From: Oligoflexia bacterium | Lineage (GTDB): Bacteria > Bdellovibrionota > UBA1018 | Direction: 5' to 3' | NCBI GenBank assembly: GCA_046317855.1 | Contig: JBKCVM010000135.1 | Coordinates: forward strand, 1-58,195 | Length of the DNA stretch: 58,195 nt | In this document: one piece after another, positions 19,111 to 28,053 of the stretch | Layout: each line of letters begins with the position of its first letter | Position numbering within the stretch: position 1 is the first letter of the stretch | Program-made: the position numbers and the translations under genes | The notes under the pieces: model-generated | What the model saw: only the letters and a program-made list of their open reading frames with translations | What the model was told of the DNA's origin: nothing | Database searches by the model: none

Positions 19111-20100
19111 ATGGGGACTCATTTGCCTGGCTTGATTCTCGTTACATTGGTTGCTGTCTCACCTTTTTTAAGAAAGTTGGCGGCATCCCTCCTGAGGACC
19201 CTTTCACGCTGGAGTCGCTGGAGCCCGTTGATCGAGACTTCAGATCGTTTGAGCTGGCTTGTTTTTCCGCTCGTCCTGCAATTTGCGCTTCAAAACATCC
19301 GTATTCCGCTCCCCCCCTGGGCCTGGCAGGGACTGATGGGCGCGATTCATATTGCATACGTCGTGATTTTGGTGGGCTGGCTCAGAAGTTTTGCCTACGC
19401 AGGCCTGGAGTGGACCGTGGGGCGGGCTGGAGCCTCACACGCTCTGCAGGCTGGCTTTATTCCTCTGATCAGAAACTCGATTACTCTCGTTGCTTTAACG
19501 CTGGGGCTGATCTTAGTTCTTCAGCACTTTGGTTTTGACGTGATGGGTCTGGTCACTGCGTTAGGGGTCGGCTCCCTGGCAGTGGGTCTTGCAGCCAAGG
19601 ACACACTTTCTAACATGATCTCTGGGTTCACCCTGATCTTGGATCAAAACTTCAGGCCTGGAGAAAGAGTTTCGGTAGGTGGGTCCTCAGGAATTGTTGA
19701 AGAAATCGGACTACGCAGCACGAGAATTCGTTCACCCGTGGGAGGAACCTGGGTGGTTCCAAACTCGGAGCTCGCCAATACTAGAATCCTCAATTCAGGA
19801 ATGCCTTCACAGGGGCAGCTCGTAACCACCACGCTCAGAGTCACGCCCGAGACGGATTTTGTCAGAGCTCAAACCCTGATCAACCGGCTCATCGACTCGA
19901 TGAATACAGTAGATAAAAAGAAGCAACGCCTCGCAGTATTGCAAAGCGTCGCGGATGGAAACCAATCGATCTTAGTGACCTTCTGGGTGCAAGACCCCAC
20001 TCAGGCCGACGCCGCCCTCTCGGATTTTCTCTGGCAATGGATGAGCAGTGCCCGCTCACAAGGCATCACCCCTTCGGGATCAGAGCCAAAGCCTCTATGA
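19111..20100 (+). CDS. Small-conductance mechanosensitive channel (MscS family)
   Basis: TM helices; LGVGSLAVGLAAKDTLSNMISG, FRPGERV, GIVEEIGLRSTRI, VPNS. Confidence 0.93.
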   Translation: MGTHLPGLILVTLVAVSPFLRKLAASLLRTLSRWSRWSPLIETSDRLSWLVFPLVLQFALQNIRIPLPPWAWQGLMGAIHIAYVVILVGWLRSFAYAGLEWTVGRAGASHALQAGFIPLIRNSITLVALTLGLILVLQHFGFDVMGLVTALGVGSLAVGLAAKDTLSNMISGFTLILDQNFRPGERVSVGGSSGIVEEIGLRSTRIRSPVGGTWVVPNSELANTRILNSGMPSQGQLVTTTLRVTPETDFVRAQTLINRLIDSMNTVDKKKQRLAVLQSVADGNQSILVTFWVQDPTQADAALSDFLWQWMSSARSQGITPSGSEPKPL

Positions 20101-20930
20101 ACCTGAAAACCATCTCATTACTCACGCTGCTTTTTTTTTCTCCGCAAGCCCATGCCTATCGGCTGGATGAGCACGAGCGCTTGACCCTTTCAGCCTTCAC
20201 GGCGATCCAAAGCTGCATCGAAGGTTCTTTTTATGAGAACCCTCTTCAATCGATGCTTGTTGCTGTGGTCAATGGAAACTTGAACGAGGACCGAAACGTT
20301 CTGAACAAGTGGTTCAGGTTCTCTCATTTTTACCACCCTCATTGGCAAGACTCTGGCTCGGGACTTTTCAGGTCCAACTCCCGCTCACGCATTTTACAAG
20401 CTGCGAGTAAGATTGCACCGGGCGCCCCAGCTACCGCGAAATGGCTCGGAGCGCTCCTTCATCACATTCAAGACATGACCGTTCCGCTTCACGTCATTCC
20501 GGTCAACCATTTTTGGACCGATGGATTTGAGAAGTTTACGACTTCGTTTTCGGGAGCTCTAGCATTTGAAAGTTGTGATTTGCTCGTTGAAGCTGCTCTC
20601 AGAGCCACTCCTACCGAACTTCACCAAGCCGTCTCAGAAGACACGCTGCGTTCAAGCCTGAATGACCACTTGCTGGCCTCTTCTCCTTCAGGCTTGAAAA
20701 TTCCTCTGACCTGGTTCTGGGAAGAGGGAGTAAACGGAGACTTTGGTCGCTACGGAGTGCTCGGAAATTCTTTTGGCATGACCTGGATTTCGGCTCTGGG
20801 CCGGCCTCTCCGGATTCCGCAACATGAATTTGCGCGCTTCAAGCGCGAGCGACTTGAGGCCGCCGAGCGAGCTACACAAATCATCTTGATGCGCGCGTGG
20901 CTGTCCGGCGTGTTTGATGCTGCGCAATAA
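20097..20930 (+). CDS. Secreted Zn-dependent phospholipase C / S1-P1 nuclease-fold hydrolase
   Basis: Signal peptide MNLKTISLLTLLFFSPQAHA; mature YRLDEH, HFYHP, GALLHHIQDMTVPLH and H..TDGFE candidate Zn ligands; ATGA-coupled to the mscS-family gene. Confidence 0.65.
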   Translation: MNLKTISLLTLLFFSPQAHAYRLDEHERLTLSAFTAIQSCIEGSFYENPLQSMLVAVVNGNLNEDRNVLNKWFRFSHFYHPHWQDSGSGLFRSNSRSRILQAASKIAPGAPATAKWLGALLHHIQDMTVPLHVIPVNHFWTDGFEKFTTSFSGALAFESCDLLVEAALRATPTELHQAVSEDTLRSSLNDHLLASSPSGLKIPLTWFWEEGVNGDFGRYGVLGNSFGMTWISALGRPLRIPQHEFARFKRERLEAAERATQIILMRAWLSGVFDAAQ

Positions 20931-20968
20931 TTTTAAAAATTTTCTGAACTTTTTTTGCGTGTTCATTC

Positions 20969-20997
20969 TTGTCCCAAAAACTGACGCGGGGTAGGTT
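20969..20997 (+). promoter_or_regulatory. Candidate sigma70 promoter for dnaX-recR-mglA-dksA
   Basis: TTGTCC-N17-TAGGTT. Confidence 0.5.
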
Positions 20998-21034
20998 GCC
21001 CACTCTCAAATTACACAGGGTGTGGGGGAATACC

Positions 21035-22675
21035 TTGGGTTCTTACGTAGTGCTCGCAAGAAAATGGCGACCGGCACAATTTGCAGACATCGTCGGACAA
21101 GCTCCGGTGGTGCGCACTCTGATGAATGCGATTCGTTCGGATCGAATTCATCAAGCTTACCTTTTTACAGGCTCACGCGGAATCGGAAAGACCTCTGTTG
21201 CCCGCATCATCGCCAAGGTGATGCGTTGCGAGCAGACAACGTGGGACGGCCAGTGGCTCAAGTCCTGCGACCAATGCTCCAGCTGCCAGGAAGTCTCGCG
21301 CGGAAGCTCTGTAGATGTGATCGAAATCGATGGAGCATCAAATAACGGAGTCGATCACGTCCGCGAAATCCGAGAGAGCGCAAAGTTCATGCCCGCCTCG
21401 GGCAAACGCAAAATTTATATCATCGATGAAGTGCACATGCTGAGTACAGCCGCCTTTAATGCGCTGCTCAAAACACTCGAGGAGCCCCCCCCTCACGTCG
21501 TATTTATCTTTGCAACCACCGAGCCACATAAAATTCCGGCTACGATCCTCTCCCGAGTTCAGCGGTTTGACCTTCGACGCGTGAGTGTTGCCCAGATTCA
21601 GGCCCGGCTCACCCAAGTACTACAGGCTGAGAACATCGAGGCCGAACCCGGCGCGCTGGCCTTAGTGGCTCGAGCTGCCGAAGGAGGACTGCGCGATGCC
21701 CTGTCGCTCCTCGACCAAGTGATCGCCTTTTCTGGTGAAAAGATTTCGGTGTCGAGTGTCCGCGAGAGCATCGGGCTCATTGAAAGCCAACTCATCCTTT
21801 CCGTTCTACGCGCAATCCTAGATAGAAAACCTCTGGACGGACTTGCAGCGATCCAAGGTGCTTTTGAACAGGGGCATGACCTCAAGCTCCTCGCTCGTCA
21901 TCTGATTGAATATTTGCATGCTCTCATTCTTGCCAAAGTGGGCGCCGGAGCGGACCGAGCCGGTGAATATTCTGAGTCAGAATGGCAGGAGATCAAAGTG
22001 CTCTCCGGCCTCCGAGAGCTTGAAGAGCTAGAGCTCATTTTTCAGGCCCTGCATCAAGGAATCGAATGGATCGCACGCTCGCCACAACCTAAGACAGTGC
22101 TCGATGTTCTTCTGATCAAGTGTGCCACAGCTCAGGCGCTGGTATCCATCTCGAGCCCGGCAGCACCCGGGTCACTTTCTGCAAAGCCCGCCCCGTCAAA
22201 CGCTCGAATCACCACTGCTCCCGAGGGTTCTCAGACCTCACCGCAGCCTCTGGTGAAAGACTTTGAGGAACTCATTGCAAGAGTTCGCAGCACACGCCCC
22301 TTCATTGCCACAGCGCTCGAGAACGGTTTCTGCTCTCAATTTCCAAGTCAGGCGCAGCCCACACTCGTTATCCAGTTTCCAAAAGAAGTTGGGTTTTACC
22401 GAGAACAACTGCAGCACAGGACCCATAGCGACAGCATGAGCCAGCTTCTGCGTGAATCGTTTGGCAGAATGATTTCGGTGCAGATCGAAGTGGTGGATTA
22501 CGCCACCGGAGAAAGCATTGCTGCTCGTAGAGAGCGGGAAGGTCGAGAGCGCGAGCTGAGCGCTCGGCAAGCTGCCCAGAACCATCCAGTCATTCGCGAA
22601 GCACAAGCCTTATTTGGTGGAGAGCTGGGACCTATCGAAATCATGAATGGAGGCGGCCATGCGGGGAAGCACTGA
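21035..22675 (+). CDS. dnaX: DNA polymerase III subunit gamma/tau
   Basis: SYVVLARKWRP, GSRGIGKTS, Zn cysteines, IEIDGAS, IIDEVHML, LKTLEEPP, TILSR; probable TTG start after a GGGGGA RBS. Confidence 0.96.
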   Translation: MGSYVVLARKWRPAQFADIVGQAPVVRTLMNAIRSDRIHQAYLFTGSRGIGKTSVARIIAKVMRCEQTTWDGQWLKSCDQCSSCQEVSRGSSVDVIEIDGASNNGVDHVREIRESAKFMPASGKRKIYIIDEVHMLSTAAFNALLKTLEEPPPHVVFIFATTEPHKIPATILSRVQRFDLRRVSVAQIQARLTQVLQAENIEAEPGALALVARAAEGGLRDALSLLDQVIAFSGEKISVSSVRESIGLIESQLILSVLRAILDRKPLDGLAAIQGAFEQGHDLKLLARHLIEYLHALILAKVGAGADRAGEYSESEWQEIKVLSGLRELEELELIFQALHQGIEWIARSPQPKTVLDVLLIKCATAQALVSISSPAAPGSLSAKPAPSNARITTAPEGSQTSPQPLVKDFEELIARVRSTRPFIATALENGFCSQFPSQAQPTLVIQFPKEVGFYREQLQHRTHSDSMSQLLRESFGRMISVQIEVVDYATGESIAARREREGRERELSARQAAQNHPVIREAQALFGGELGPIEIMNGGGHAGKH

Positions 22676-23264
22676 TCCTGTGGCTCGGCTTATCTTTGAG
22701 CTCTCCAAGCTACCGGGGATCGGGGAGAAAACCGCCACTCGCTTGGCCTACTTTATCCTAAAACAAAATGAGGCGTACTCACGTAGCCTTTCAGAAGCGA
22801 TTGTTTCAGCGAAGCTCAAAACTGGGTTGTGTGAGTCTTGCTTTACGTTCACAGAATCAAGCCCCTGTCCCCTTTGCACCGATCCCGCGCGCCGAACCGG
22901 TACCGTCTGCGTGGTCGAGCGCCCGTCAGATGTGATGGCTATCGAGCAGTCCGGCTGTCACTCCGGGCAATACCATGTCCTACACGGAGCCCTTTCACCC
23001 CTAGACGGAGTAGGTCCCGACGAGCTCAAAGTCCGCGAGCTATTGGCACGAATTCAGGCAGGCGGGATCCAAGAAGTCATTCTGGCGACCAACCCCAGCG
23101 TCGAAGGCGAGGCTACCGCGATGTACGTCGGCAGACTCGTCAAACCCCTGGGCATCCGAGTCACCAAACTTGCTCATGGCATCCCGGTCGGCGGGACGCT
23201 CGAGTATTCTGATCGTCAAACTATCGGCAAGGCTCTGCAAAACCGAGTTGAGGTGGCAGGATGA
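22659..23264 (+). CDS. recR: Recombination mediator RecR
   Basis: LPGIGEKTA HhH, C4 zinc finger, YHVLHG, EVILATNPSVEGEATA Toprim; GGAGG RBS. Confidence 0.97.
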   Translation: MRGSTDPVARLIFELSKLPGIGEKTATRLAYFILKQNEAYSRSLSEAIVSAKLKTGLCESCFTFTESSPCPLCTDPARRTGTVCVVERPSDVMAIEQSGCHSGQYHVLHGALSPLDGVGPDELKVRELLARIQAGGIQEVILATNPSVEGEATAMYVGRLVKPLGIRVTKLAHGIPVGGTLEYSDRQTIGKALQNRVEVAG

Positions 23265-23851
23265 GCTTTATCAATTACGCTGCTAAAGAGATTAACTGTA
23301 AGGTCATCTATTACGGACCTGGACTCAGCGGAAAAACCACAAACATCCAATATATCTTTGAGCACACTCAACATGAACGCCGCGGCAAGCTCGTAAATTT
23401 GAGTACCGAAAATGAGCGCACGCTTTTTTTTGATTTCTTGCCTTTGTCGATCGGCGACGTGAACGGATACAAGACCCGGTTTCACCTCTACACGATCCCG
23501 GGCCAAACTTTTTATGAAGTGTCCCGCCAATTCATTATGAAGGGGGTCGACGGCGTTGTTTTTGTCGCCGACAGCCAGGCGGAACGGATGGAAGCAAATC
23601 TCGAAAGCTATGATGCTCTGGCCAAGAGCCTTGAGCACCAGGGTTACGATATTCATAAGCTTCCACTGGTGTTGCAGTACAACAAAAGAGACCTGCCAGG
23701 AGTGGTGTCCCTGCAGGAGCTCGAGGCCACGTTTAATGCGGCACGTCGCCCCTCATTTGAGGCGGTAGCGAGCCGCGGAGACGGGGTCATGGAAACGCTC
23801 CAATCCGTGAGTCAATGGATCTTAAAGGAGCTTAAAGGGGGAAAAGCATGA
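23261..23851 (+). CDS. mglA: MglA-type Ras-like small GTPase
   Basis: MSFINY..KEINCKVIYYGPGLSGKTTN, RTLFFDFLPL, YTIPGQ, DGVVFVADS, QYNKRDL. Confidence 0.95.
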   Translation: MSFINYAAKEINCKVIYYGPGLSGKTTNIQYIFEHTQHERRGKLVNLSTENERTLFFDFLPLSIGDVNGYKTRFHLYTIPGQTFYEVSRQFIMKGVDGVVFVADSQAERMEANLESYDALAKSLEHQGYDIHKLPLVLQYNKRDLPGVVSLQELEATFNAARRPSFEAVASRGDGVMETLQSVSQWILKELKGGKA

Positions 23852-24258
23852 GGAAAGAAGCACTAAAGAAGTTTAAAAAAATCTTTGAGCAGCAAAAGCA
23901 GTCCCTGCTCTTCAACGACCGCGTAGTCCGTGAAGACTTTAGCGTCAATCATGACGACCGTTTTGACGAACTCGATCAGGCCACTTCTGACATTGAGCAA
24001 TCCATGCGCATGCGCCTTCGTAACAGAGAAGTGCTTTACATCAAGAAGCTCGATGAGGCCCTGAAACGTATCGAAGAGGGTACGTTTGGAGAATGCGAAG
24101 AGTGTGGAGACGACATTGGCCAGAATCGTCTCCTGGCTCGCCCTACGGCGACCCTTTGTGTTTCATGCAAAGAAGAGCAAGAACGCAAGGAAGTGCTGAC
24201 TGCAGCTGGCCGCACCAGTAAAAGCCTCGGGCAAACCATGAATCGGAAATGGGCTTAA
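23848..24258 (+). CDS. dksA: DksA/TraR C4 zinc-finger transcription factor, copy 1 (canonical DxxDxA tip)
   Basis: DELDQA tip, ALKRIEEGTFGECEEC, RLLARPTATLCVSC; ATGA-coupled to mglA. Confidence 0.9.
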   Translation: MRKEALKKFKKIFEQQKQSLLFNDRVVREDFSVNHDDRFDELDQATSDIEQSMRMRLRNREVLYIKKLDEALKRIEEGTFGECEECGDDIGQNRLLARPTATLCVSCKEEQERKEVLTAAGRTSKSLGQTMNRKWA

Positions 24259-24265
24259 CGGCTCT

Positions 24266-24312
24266 CGCTGGAGCCATTTAGTCAGTATCCTTTTGGCTCC
24301 AGCGTCTTTTTT
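24266..24312 (+). terminator. Intrinsic terminator after dksA copy 1
   Basis: 11-bp stem CGCTGGAGCCA / TGGCTCCAGCG followed by TCTTTTTT. Confidence 0.65.
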
Positions 24313-24320
24313 CAGAACCT

Positions 24321-24357
24321 AAAAACGGAATCACTCTCAATGAGTTGTTCCGTTTTT
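24321..24357. promoter_or_regulatory. Inverted repeat: candidate enhancer/operator, or a second hairpin
   Basis: AAAAACGGAA-N17-TTCCGTTTTT. Confidence 0.45.
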
Positions 24358-24405
24358 TTATTTTAGTTTCAGACACTTACATCGGGTCTTGCCATCGCGC
24401 CAAAC

Positions 24406-24422
24406 CTGGCCCGACGCTCGCA
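24406..24422 (+). promoter_or_regulatory. Candidate sigma54 promoter for dksA copy 2
   Basis: CTGGCCCGACGCTCGCA = TGGC...GG-N10-GC; IHF-like TTTCAGACACTTA at 24367-24379; AGGAGG RBS downstream. Confidence 0.55.
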
Positions 24423-24451
24423 TTCCAGAGTGAGCAGGAGGCGCGGTGGTT

Positions 24452-24853
24452 ATGGAAAAAGAAACCCTCAAACGATTCAAAACTCTTTTCGAAGAAAAGC
24501 GTACGGAGCTGCTCTACAGCGGCAAGCTCGTCAACGAGGAGTTTCAGCTGAGACCAGAGGAACTGGCAGACGAGACCGATCTCACAACTAGTGAGAACGA
24601 GACCGGAATGCGGATGAGACTCAGAAACCGTGAGGCTCTTTTTCTCAAGAAGATCGATGAAGCCCTCTCCCGAATTGATCAAGGTGTTTTTGGTGAATGC
24701 CAAGGATGTGGAGATGAAATCAGTCTCAAGCGTCTTGAAGTTCGCCCGACTGCCACCCTCTGCGTGGACTGCAAAGAAGGCCAGGAACACCTCGAGCACC
24801 TGCACATCGACGGGCATCGATTCAAGAGTCTGGGAACTCAAATGAAGTTTTAA
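24452..24853 (+). CDS. DksA/TraR C4 zinc-finger paralogue, copy 2 (DxxDxT tip)
   Basis: DETDLT tip, MRMRLRNRE, FGECQGC, RLEVRPTATLCVDC; AGGAGG RBS at 24436-24441. Confidence 0.88.
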   Translation: MEKETLKRFKTLFEEKRTELLYSGKLVNEEFQLRPEELADETDLTTSENETGMRMRLRNREALFLKKIDEALSRIDQGVFGECQGCGDEISLKRLEVRPTATLCVDCKEGQEHLEHLHIDGHRFKSLGTQMKF

Positions 24854-24931
24854 GTCTTGTAGATCAAGCCAAGGAAGGCCGGCCTGATCTAGCCAGATCG
24901 AGCCTACTCTAGAATGGAGCAATACAAACGC

Positions 24932-24966
24932 GTAGGGGGTCGAGGCATCATGCCCCGACCCCCTAC
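24932..24966. terminator. GC-rich hairpin between the convergent dksA copy 2 and subtilase genes
   Basis: GTAGGGGGTCGAGGCA-TCA-TGCCCCGACCCCCTAC near-perfect inverted repeat; no clear U-tract. Confidence 0.55.
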
Positions 24967-25037
24967 TGAATTAGCCTAAATCCTTGGCCCCCGGTGTCCT
25001 TTCGAACCACGGTCACATTCCGTCGAGTTCACCTGAA

Positions 25038-26498
25038 TTACTGGCTCAACTGCAGCGCCTTAAAGACATTGATGCGCTTGCCAGTGATGGTCCTTGAATC
25101 CAGACCTGGAACTGCATCGCCGGTGGTCATCAAAGTCTCTTTCACCTTTTTGAAGTCCCAGGTGGGGTTCTTTGACCACAACAGCGCTGCTGCCCCAGCC
25201 ACATGCGGACATGCCATGGAGGTTCCGGACATCGAAGCAAAGCCCCCGCCCGGAGCCAGACTATAGATGTTCACTCCAGGAGCAGCGACATGCACAGTCT
25301 TCTTTCCGTAATTCGAAAAGGAAGCCAGCTTGTCATTTTGATCTGTGGCAGCGACTGCAATTAGGTTTTCGTTATCAAAACCTGCCGGATAACTTGCCCT
25401 GGCCGAATCATCATTGTTGCTACTTTCGTTGCCAGCAGCAGCAATGAACAGAACACCAGCGGCTCGAGCACGCTCAATCGCGTCGTAGAGGGCCTTGTTT
25501 TCTGGGCCCCCTGGTCCGCCCCAGCTATTGCTGAGTACTTTTGCGCCGTTTTTCACGGCATAGTCGATGGCTTTGATCGCTCCGTCAGTGGTTCCGCTTC
25601 CTTCGGCTGAAAGAAACTTTAAACCCATGATCGAAACACGCTGACTCACGCCTGACAGGCCCTTACCGTTACGTCCCACTGCGCCAATCGTTCCAGCACA
25701 GTGTGTTCCGTGACCTTGGTCATCAAACGGGAGCCCGTCATCATGAATAAAGTCATAGCCAGCCACGTCATTTTTCGTGGGGCTTGGATTACGCCACACG
25801 TTAAACGCCAGGTCTTCGTGATTATAGTCGATACCCGTGTCAATCACGGCTACCACCATCTGCTTGTCGCCGCCATGAGACGGCCATGCGTCCACGGCAC
25901 CCACTTTTTTGAGTCCGTAAGCTTTGGCATTATCTGGATCCTCTGCAGGAGGCTGAACTTCAGGAGGAGCTGGCTCGAGGTCCGGACGCGGATTGGGCCG
26001 GCCCGGATTTCCCGGATTTCCCGGATTGCCTGGCATTCCTCCGCCCGAATCTTCACAGCCTGGAGGAAACGGAATGCCAGGAATCAAGCATGGAAATTTT
26101 GCATTCGGATCGCAGCCCGGGATGTCAAACCCAGGAATGCAGGGAATTCCGCCTCGAGGGGGATCCTGCACCGGTGTGAGCCGAATGATGTAGTTGGGCT
26201 GCGCATATTCAACCATCGAATTGCGCTCAAATGCGGCGATCGCGTCCTGGACCTTAACGGTCTCGTCCAAGATGACATGCTCAAAGCCCTTGAGAGAACC
26301 ACCGAGGTGGCGCACTGCACGAACCCCTGCCGTTGCATACAGCAGATTCATGGACTGCCGCGGCCGACTCACGCCGGCTCGATATTTTACGCTGACTTCT
26401 CCATCCTTGAACTCAGCAGCATCAAATCCTGCAAATGCTGCCGATGCGGCCAAAAAGCCGCATAATGCGGCAAAGGCCATCTTCCGTGAAAATTTCAT
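25038..26498 (-). CDS. Secreted subtilisin-like S8 serine protease
   Basis: Signal peptide; prodomain ending VEYAQPNY; catalytic VIDTG, HGTHCAG and SGTSMA motifs; AAAGN oxyanion hole. Confidence 0.95.
   Translation of the reverse strand: MKFSRKMAFAALCGFLAASAAFAGFDAAEFKDGEVSVKYRAGVSRPRQSMNLLYATAGVRAVRHLGGSLKGFEHVILDETVKVQDAIAAFERNSMVEYAQPNYIIRLTPVQDPPRGGIPCIPGFDIPGCDPNAKFPCLIPGIPFPPGCEDSGGGMPGNPGNPGNPGRPNPRPDLEPAPPEVQPPAEDPDNAKAYGLKKVGAVDAWPSHGGDKQMVVAVIDTGIDYNHEDLAFNVWRNPSPTKNDVAGYDFIHDDGLPFDDQGHGTHCAGTIGAVGRNGKGLSGVSQRVSIMGLKFLSAEGSGTTDGAIKAIDYAVKNGAKVLSNSWGGPGGPENKALYDAIERARAAGVLFIAAAGNESSNNDDSARASYPAGFDNENLIAVAATDQNDKLASFSNYGKKTVHVAAPGVNIYSLAPGGGFASMSGTSMACPHVAGAAALLWSKNPTWDFKKVKETLMTTGDAVPGLDSRTITGKRINVFKALQLSQ
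26002..26028. repeat. 9-bp tandem repeat x3, encoding the PGN repeats in the subtilase linker
   Basis: CCCGGATTT CCCGGATTT CCCGGATTG. Confidence 0.8.
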
Positions 26499-26562
26499 TT
26501 CATCCCCCTAAGTTGGAACTTCCCACTGATGCAGTCAGAATAAACAGGACCTACAGAATTGC

Positions 26563-26580
26563 AAATCCCACGCGGGATTT
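26563..26580. promoter_or_regulatory. Palindromic candidate operator upstream of the subtilase gene
   Basis: AAATCCC-ACGC-GGGATTT, adjacent to a minus-strand TTGCAA-N16-TATTCT promoter-like element. Confidence 0.35.
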
Positions 26581-26665
26581 ATTTTTGATATTGCATCTTG
26601 CCTGAGTCGCTCCCAGAGCTGAAACTCAGTGACGCTTACGAAATCTCTTTCGCACTGCCTCTTGT

Positions 26666-26700
26666 AAGAAAAAAGAGGGCCGCCGTTTCCGGCAGCCCTC
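26666..26700 (-). terminator. Intrinsic terminator after ftsZ
   Basis: Minus strand GAGGGCTGCCG-GAAA-CGGCGGCCCTC then TTTTTTCTT. Confidence 0.85.
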
Positions 26701-26725
26701 GATTAGTCCGTCTAAAGCGCTCTGC

Positions 26726-28015
26726 TTAGAGACCGATGTCTTTGTCCTGTTGTTTCCGTATATAGGTCGGCACGTCATATTCATCATCCGTAAGACTGGA
26801 GATTCCGAGCTTAGTTGCTAAGGCGCGAGCACGGGCCAACTCACCGCCTTCAGCTCCAGACCCCATGGGAGCCTTGGCAAGCTGAGTCAAATTAGTTTCA
26901 ACAGGAGCTTGCTGAGCTGGAGCCAGCTGAACCTGAGAGGCAGCCAGCATTTCAGCGTTAGGTGCTGGAGGTACCGCCGCAACAGGAGGCACAGCAGCAA
27001 CAGGTGCCACCTTAGCCTGCGCTCCTGCCGAGATCGCCGCAGCCGCAACGAGGTTTGCCCCACCCAGGCCCGTCGCAATCACTGTGACCTTGACGGAGTC
27101 CTTGAGGTTCTCGTCGATGACCGTTCCAAAGATGATTTCTGCATCTTCGTGCGCCGCTTCCATAATGAGAGTGGTGGCCTCGTTGACTTCATGGATGCTG
27201 AGGTTGGAGCTGCCAGTAATGTTGATGATAATTCCGGTGGCGCCTTCGATAGAAACATCCTCGAGCAACGGGCTCGAGATGGCGTTGGTCGCAGCCTCGA
27301 TCGCCCGATTTTCGCCAGAAGCATGTCCAATACCCATCAAGGCTAGGCCCTTGTTCTGCATAATGGTCCGGACGTCGGCGAAGTCAGAGTTGATCAGGCC
27401 GGTGTGGTTGATCAAATCCGAAATGCCTTGCACGGCATTCAGCAACACTTCGTCGGCTCGCTTAAATGCATCCACCATCGAGAGGGTGTTACCCGAGATG
27501 GCCAGTAGACGCTGGTTTGGAATCGTGATCAGGGAGTCGACATTATCACGCAACCAGTTCATGCCCTGCTCGGCATGCTTCATCCGCTTGCGGCCTTCGA
27601 ACATAAAAGGCTTGGTCACCACCCCCACAGTGAGAGCTCCGACCTCTTTTGCAATTTTGGCAAACACCGGAGCTGCGCCGGTTCCGGTGCCACCGCCCAT
27701 TCCGGCAGTAATGAACACCATATCGGCTCCCGCCAGCATCTCGGAAATCTTGGCGTAATCCTCAAGAGCGGCCTTACGCCCAACTTCTGGATTAGCGCCT
27801 GCACCCAGACCTTTGGTGAGCTCTTGGCCGATCGGCAGCTTGGTTGGAGCCAGCGAAGCGTCCAACGCCTGCTTATCCGTGTTGGCGGTGATGAACTCAA
27901 CGCCCTCCAGACCCATGCGGATCATGGTATTTACGGCATTACAACCGCTGCCGCCCACGCCCACTACCTTGATCTTTGCTCCACCGCTTCCTGCCGTTTG
28001 GTCAATATCGAACAT
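26726..28015 (-). CDS. ftsZ: Cell division GTPase FtsZ
   Basis: [37 protein letters not shown]-terminal DVPTYIRK peptide; start at MFDID. Confidence 0.98.
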   Translation of the reverse strand: MFDIDQTAGSGGAKIKVVGVGGSGCNAVNTMIRMGLEGVEFITANTDKQALDASLAPTKLPIGQELTKGLGAGANPEVGRKAALEDYAKISEMLAGADMVFITAGMGGGTGTGAAPVFAKIAKEVGALTVGVVTKPFMFEGRKRMKHAEQGMNWLRDNVDSLITIPNQRLLAISGNTLSMVDAFKRADEVLLNAVQGISDLINHTGLINSDFADVRTIMQNKGLALMGIGHASGENRAIEAATNAISSPLLEDVSIEGATGIIINITGSSNLSIHEVNEATTLIMEAAHEDAEIIFGTVIDENLKDSVKVTVIATGLGGANLVAAAAISAGAQAKVAPVAAVPPVAAVPPAPNAEMLAASQVQLAPAQQAPVETNLTQLAKAPMGSGAEGGELARARALATKLGISSLTDDEYDVPTYIRKQQDKDIGL

Positions 28016-28053
28016 CTTGAAGATCCTCTTCGTTGGTTCTGGTTGTTGAGTCG

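Noticed and set aside
21035-22675. Programmed -1 frameshift producing the DnaX gamma subunit
   Set aside because: I saw no A-AAA-AAG slippery site or long poly-A run at the expected position
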